A DNA stretch of 28,888 nucleotides from IMG/VR virus record IMGVR_UViG_3300030330_000848, positions 1 through 28,888 of that record, one strand, 5' to 3'. Of this stretch, positions 25,107 to 28,888 are shown piece by piece. Position 1 is the stretch's first letter. Each line of letters starts with the position of its first letter. Origin of the DNA: a virus (taxonomy: Duplodnaviria; Caudoviricetes). The notes under the pieces were generated by a model. The model was not told where the DNA came from and searched no databases. It saw only the letters and a list, made by a program, of their open reading frames with translations. The position numbers and the translations under genes are program-made.

Positions 25107-25270
25107 AAAAATATATAGAAAATACAAGCAAGTTAATTATACCTAGTATAGATCATTTGCAATTAGTAGAGTACAAAGAAAAAGAATTAGATTTTGCTTA
25201 TGGTATGGAAGAATATCATTCAAGCATAAGCAGAATGTTTAAACAATTATACAGAATAATATGGCGGTAG
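25097..25270 (+). CDS. Small hypothetical protein, 57 aa (MELKKYIENTSKLIIPS...)
   Basis: Not in ORF track; fills the gap and overlaps both neighbours. Confidence 0.65.
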   Translation: MELKKYIENTSKLIIPSIDHLQLVEYKEKELDFAYGMEEYHSSISRMFKQLYRIIWR

Positions 25271-26832
25271 AAAAAACAATAAAAATACAAATTGATGCTA
25301 GAAAAGCAATCACTGATGTTAAAAAGTTAAGAACCGAAACAGATGCAGCTTTAGCGGATTTACGGAGAACAATACCTATAGAAATAGATGCAACAAAAGC
25401 TAAAAGAGAAATAGCAGACGTAAATTCAAATGTAAAAGATGCAGCAAAAAATACAAAAGATATTGGCAAGTCAGCAGAGGATTCAGTATTTGGGTTTGAA
25501 AAATTAAAGATTTCAACTAAAGCATTTGGTACAGCACTCAAGGCTACAGGTATAGGTTTAATAGTAACAGCTTTTGTTAAGTTAGGTGAAGCACTTTCTA
25601 AGAATCAGGTGTTTATGAATAACTTTAATGCAGCAACAGAAACTATTAATATTACCTTTCAACAATTAGTAAGTAAATTAGTAGAAGTTACACAAAAGGC
25701 AGTTAATTTCTTTGGCAAAGTTGGTGGTGTTATAAAAAAGTTTCTTAAAAGAGATGTTGATGGAATTACATCATCTTATGAAGCAGCAGGAGATGCAACT
25801 GAAAGTTTGTTTCAAAAAAATAAAAGATTAGCAGAGGAATTGGTAAATCTTAGAAATGAAGTAAAATTAGCAGAAGCAGAACAAAGAAAATTACAACTTA
25901 CATATCAAAGAGATGCGGAATTGCAAAGACAAATTCGTGATGACATCAGTTTGACAATAGAAGAAAGAATACAGGCAAATCAAAGGCTTGGACAAATTCT
26001 TGATCAACAATTTAAAGAGGAAGAAGCTATTGCACGAAAAAAAATACAATTAGCTGAATTAGAATTGTCAAAAAACAAGGATAATATTGATTTGCAAATT
26101 GCAGTTACTAATGCAGAAACAGAACTTATTGACTTACAAGAAAGAATAACGGGACAACGATCTGAGCAATTAATAAATTTAACTGCACTTGAAAATGAAT
26201 ATAAAGAAAGTATAAAACAAACACCCATAACATTAGCAGAATCTTCTGTAGAACAATTATCAATAGCTGATGATATGAACAGTCAAATGTTATTAGGTGC
26301 ACAGCAAACACAAGATGCTTTACAAAATATAGAAAAACAAGGTGCAGCAGGTAGAATTAAAATTGATAGAGCATTAGCAGAAACAAGAAGAAACATAGTA
26401 GCACAATCATTAGGTGATGTTGCAAGTTTGTTAGGGGAAGAATCTAAGGCAGGTAAAGCACTTGCGGTAGGTCAAGCATTAATTAATACATATAGTGCAG
26501 CAGCAGCAGCATTAGCACCACCCCCTATTGGTGCAGGTCCTATATTTGGTCCTATTGCAGCTATAGGTGCTGTTGCAGCAGGTATGGCAAATGTAAAACA
26601 AATATTATCTACTAAGCTACCTGGTGATTCAGGTGGTGGTGGTGGTGGACCTGATCCTGCTGTACCTCAAGCACCCTCATTAGGTGGTTTAGGCGCACAG
26701 AATGTAAATATGGAAGCAGTAGAGCAACCAGAATTAGGTGTTCAGCAACCTGCACAAGCATACGTAGTAGAAAATGACATTAGCAATGCTCAAGCATTAC
26801 AGCAAGAATTAGATTTGCAAAGCACATTATAA
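25261..26832 (+). CDS. Tape measure protein (short)
   Basis: 523 aa; ALKATGIGLIV hydrophobic patch, long coiled coil, Ala/Gly-rich C-terminus. Confidence 0.8.
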   Translation: MAVEKTIKIQIDARKAITDVKKLRTETDAALADLRRTIPIEIDATKAKREIADVNSNVKDAAKNTKDIGKSAEDSVFGFEKLKISTKAFGTALKATGIGLIVTAFVKLGEALSKNQVFMNNFNAATETINITFQQLVSKLVEVTQKAVNFFGKVGGVIKKFLKRDVDGITSSYEAAGDATESLFQKNKRLAEELVNLRNEVKLAEAEQRKLQLTYQRDAELQRQIRDDISLTIEERIQANQRLGQILDQQFKEEEAIARKKIQLAELELSKNKDNIDLQIAVTNAETELIDLQERITGQRSEQLINLTALENEYKESIKQTPITLAESSVEQLSIADDMNSQMLLGAQQTQDALQNIEKQGAAGRIKIDRALAETRRNIVAQSLGDVASLLGEESKAGKALAVGQALINTYSAAAAALAPPPIGAGPIFGPIAAIGAVAAGMANVKQILSTKLPGDSGGGGGGPDPAVPQAPSLGGLGAQNVNMEAVEQPELGVQQPAQAYVVENDISNAQALQQELDLQSTL

Positions 26833-26857
26833 ACAAAATAAACAATTTTATATTTAT
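26831..26857 (+). promoter_or_regulatory. Candidate late promoter, copy 3
   Basis: AAACAA-AATAAACAAT-TTTATATTTAT, 4 nt before ATG 26862. Confidence 0.75.
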
Positions 26858-26861
26858 TAGT

Positions 26862-27854
26862 ATGAAAAAGAAGAAACTAATTGAATTAATCATAGATGAA
26901 ACTGCAGACCACTTTGGCGTAGATGCTATTTCAGTTGTTAAATTCCCTGCTATTGAAGAAAATTTCGTATTCTTTAATAATGACTTTTTAAGTTTAGCAA
27001 AAGCAGATGAGGAAAAGAAACAATTAATCGGTGCTATACTTATTCCTGAGAAACGTATTCCCCGCCTTGATAAGGAAACTAACGAGGAGTATGATGTTTA
27101 CTTTACTAAAGAAACTATAAAACAGGCACAGAAGCTATTTATGGCTAGTTTAAACAACAACAATCATACTTACGAACATAAAGAACCAATACAAGGCTTA
27201 ACTGTCGTAGAATCGTGGATTAAAGAAGATAAGAAATTTGATAAATCTAATATGTATGGATTTAACAATTTGCCTGTTGGAACTTGGTTTGTTCAAGTGT
27301 CAGCAGAAAATAATCCTGAAATTTGGGAAGCTATAAAGAATAAAGAGGTTAGAGGATTTTCTATTGAAGGTTATTTTACAGATAAGCTAATTGAAGCATC
27401 TAAGGAAGTGGATATATTAGACGAAGTATGTGAGGACTGTCCTGATGAGGTTATGATGGGAAGAATTAAAGACGTTATTCTACAAAATGAATTGCAACCT
27501 GTTGGTGCCTTAGATGGTGAGCCGTTATTTAGAACTAAAGAAGAAGCAGAATTATATGCTGAAATGTTTAAAGGTTGTTCTGGTAGTCACCCACATACAG
27601 TAGACGGTGTTAAATTATTTATGCCTTGTGCAGACCATTCATCAGCTACAATGCGAGAAGAACACGCTGAAACAGGACGAAAGAAACGCAAGAAAAAATA
27701 CAAAATGCTAGAATATATTGCTTATGCTAAACGTAAAGCTATGCTTAAATATTCTTGGGACGAATGTATGAGGGATCAAATGAAGGAATACGGCAATAAA
27801 GAAACTGCAGCAAAAGTATGTGCTGCAATCAAAAATAAGACAGTAAAACGCTAA
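26862..27854 (+). CDS. Prohead protease (XkdF-like) with C-terminal Cys/His extensions
   Basis: AIS.V..PAIEE, G..LIP, H...H, VESW, GTW, GFSIEG. Confidence 0.85.
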   Translation: MKKKKLIELIIDETADHFGVDAISVVKFPAIEENFVFFNNDFLSLAKADEEKKQLIGAILIPEKRIPRLDKETNEEYDVYFTKETIKQAQKLFMASLNNNNHTYEHKEPIQGLTVVESWIKEDKKFDKSNMYGFNNLPVGTWFVQVSAENNPEIWEAIKNKEVRGFSIEGYFTDKLIEASKEVDILDEVCEDCPDEVMMGRIKDVILQNELQPVGALDGEPLFRTKEEAELYAEMFKGCSGSHPHTVDGVKLFMPCADHSSATMREEHAETGRKKRKKKYKMLEYIAYAKRKAMLKYSWDECMRDQMKEYGNKETAAKVCAAIKNKTVKR

Positions 27855-27861
27855 AAGAAAT

Positions 27862-27888
27862 AAACAATAATAACTACTTTATATTTAT
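27862..27888 (+). promoter_or_regulatory. Candidate late promoter, copy 4
   Basis: AAACAA-TAATAACTAC-TTTATATTTAT, 7 nt before ATG 27896. Confidence 0.75.
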
Positions 27889-27895
27889 ATATGTT

Positions 27896-28573
27896 ATGAG
27901 TACACTAGAAAAAATTTTAAATATCTTAAAAATGAAAAATGAACCTAAATCTTATAGCGTAAAAATGTACGCTGAAATGAAATTAGAGGACGGTCGTATA
28001 CTTGCTACAGAAGATGAGCAGTTTATGATTGGCTCTAAAGTATTTGCTGTCGGTGATGATGGCGAAGCTACTCCATTAGAAGCGGGAAGCTACACTATGG
28101 AAAATGGTAATAAAATGACAATCGGTGATTCTTCTGAAATCCTAGATCTAGGCGAAGAAAAAGAAGCTGAAGATGTTGAAGCATCTGAGGAAGAGCTTTC
28201 TGAGGAAGTAGAATCTACAGAAGAAGAACTTGCTGAAGAAGCAGACGTTGCTGATTGGGAAGGAATGGAAAAAAGAATTAAGAATCTTGAGGATGCTATT
28301 GCTGATTTAAAAGCAGACAAAGTAGAAGCATCTGCTGAAGAATTATCTGAAGAAGAAGAAGTAGAAGAAGACAAAACAGAAATGTCTAGCGAAGTTATAG
28401 GTGAACTTATGACTCAAATCGAAGATCTTAAAAGTAAAATAGTAGAACTAAGCGGAGAACCTGCAAGTGAGGGTATTGAATACAATCCTGAAGGTAGAAC
28501 TTTTAACTCTACTATTGATTTAACGAAGTTGTCTACTAAAGAACGGGCAGCATATTACATTAATAATAAATAA
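27896..28573 (+). CDS. Capsid scaffolding protein
   Basis: Highly acidic coiled-coil protein between protease and capsid genes. Confidence 0.75.
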   Translation: MSTLEKILNILKMKNEPKSYSVKMYAEMKLEDGRILATEDEQFMIGSKVFAVGDDGEATPLEAGSYTMENGNKMTIGDSSEILDLGEEKEAEDVEASEEELSEEVESTEEELAEEADVADWEGMEKRIKNLEDAIADLKADKVEASAEELSEEEEVEEDKTEMSSEVIGELMTQIEDLKSKIVELSGEPASEGIEYNPEGRTFNSTIDLTKLSTKERAAYYINNK

Positions 28574-28888
28574 TTTAAAAAATGGCAAATAACAAATATA
28601 ATTTAAGTAAAGATTATCAGTTTGACATAACCGTAACTGATAACACCTATGCAGGTAAATTAGCATTGCCTTATGTTACTGCTGCTGTAAAGTCACCTGA
28701 TACTATAGCAAAAGGATATGTAAGAACAATAGACGGTTTAAATTCAAAAGCTGTAATTTCTAACTTAGGCGTTTCTGACCCTGTAGTTGCTGCGGCTTGT
28801 TCATTCTCATCAGGAAATGACACTTCATTAACTGAGCAAGTTTTAACATTAACTGATATGAAAGTAAATGAAGAAATTTGTAGAGGAA
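28121..28888 (+). repeat. Right copy of 768-bp terminal redundancy
   Basis: Matches 1..768. Confidence 0.97.
28582..28888 (+). CDS. Major capsid protein, 3'-truncated duplicate
   Basis: Same as 462..768, runs off the window end. Confidence 0.9.
   Translation, partial: MANNKYNLSKDYQFDITVTDNTYAGKLALPYVTAAVKSPDTIAKGYVRTIDGLNSKAVISNLGVSDPVVAAACSFSSGNDTSLTEQVLTLTDMKVNEEICRG

Noticed and set aside
26632-26649. (GGT)n microsatellite
   Set aside because: Encodes an ordinary poly-Gly linker in the tape measure C-terminus
640-28374. Minus-strand ORFs inside plus-strand genes (640..966, 1579..1776, 2157..2384, 3720..3935, 5359..5553, 7929..8156, 8572..8766, 9150..9455, 12657..12929, 15328..15555, 16118..16396, 18418..18630, 22032..22253, 22523..22705, 25239..25541, 26004..26228, 26126..26311, 28090..28374)
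   Set aside because: Antisense shadows of well-supported genes with no motifs or operon context
1-28888. CRISPR array, tRNA, integrase/att, reverse transcriptase/DGR, intron/intein, stop-codon reassignment
   Set aside because: No spaced repeats, cloverleaf or relevant catalytic motifs seen; genes tile densely under the standard code and TAG, TGA and TAA all serve as stops

Overview
The window looks like a complete, circularly permuted tailed-phage genome of 28,120 bp plus a 768-bp terminal redundancy (1..768 is repeated at 28121..28888 with 6 SNPs, all at third codon positions). The host is probably a Bacteroidota (Flavobacteriia-like) bacterium. This is inferred from Gln-rule signal peptides, a T9SS-CTD-like tail, DUF3127/DUF4373-like genes, TAnnTTTG-type promoters and the lack of obvious Shine-Dalgarno motifs. 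Modules: head (XkdF-like protease, scaffold, capsid, multi-domain portal), siphovirus-like tail in a scrambled order with a -1 frameshift chaperone pair, lysis (M15 peptidase, holins), a short leftward early operon, replication/recombination genes, MT-A70 methylase, VRR-NUC, a sigma-like factor, HNH, ParB-N and terminase. No integrase, DNA polymerase, helicase, tRNA or CRISPR array was recognised. The most unusual element is a cassette of five envelope-targeted genes just before the endolysin: an outer-membrane beta-barrel, an LDL-receptor-class-A-like protein with a T9SS-like sorting tail, two membrane proteins and an exported thioredoxin fold lacking CxxC. Also notable are a four-copy AAACAA-N10-TTTATATTTAT candidate late promoter, a portal-X-MuF fusion, and a metallophosphoesterase with no canonical start codon. 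All family calls are by eye from motifs; no searches were run.
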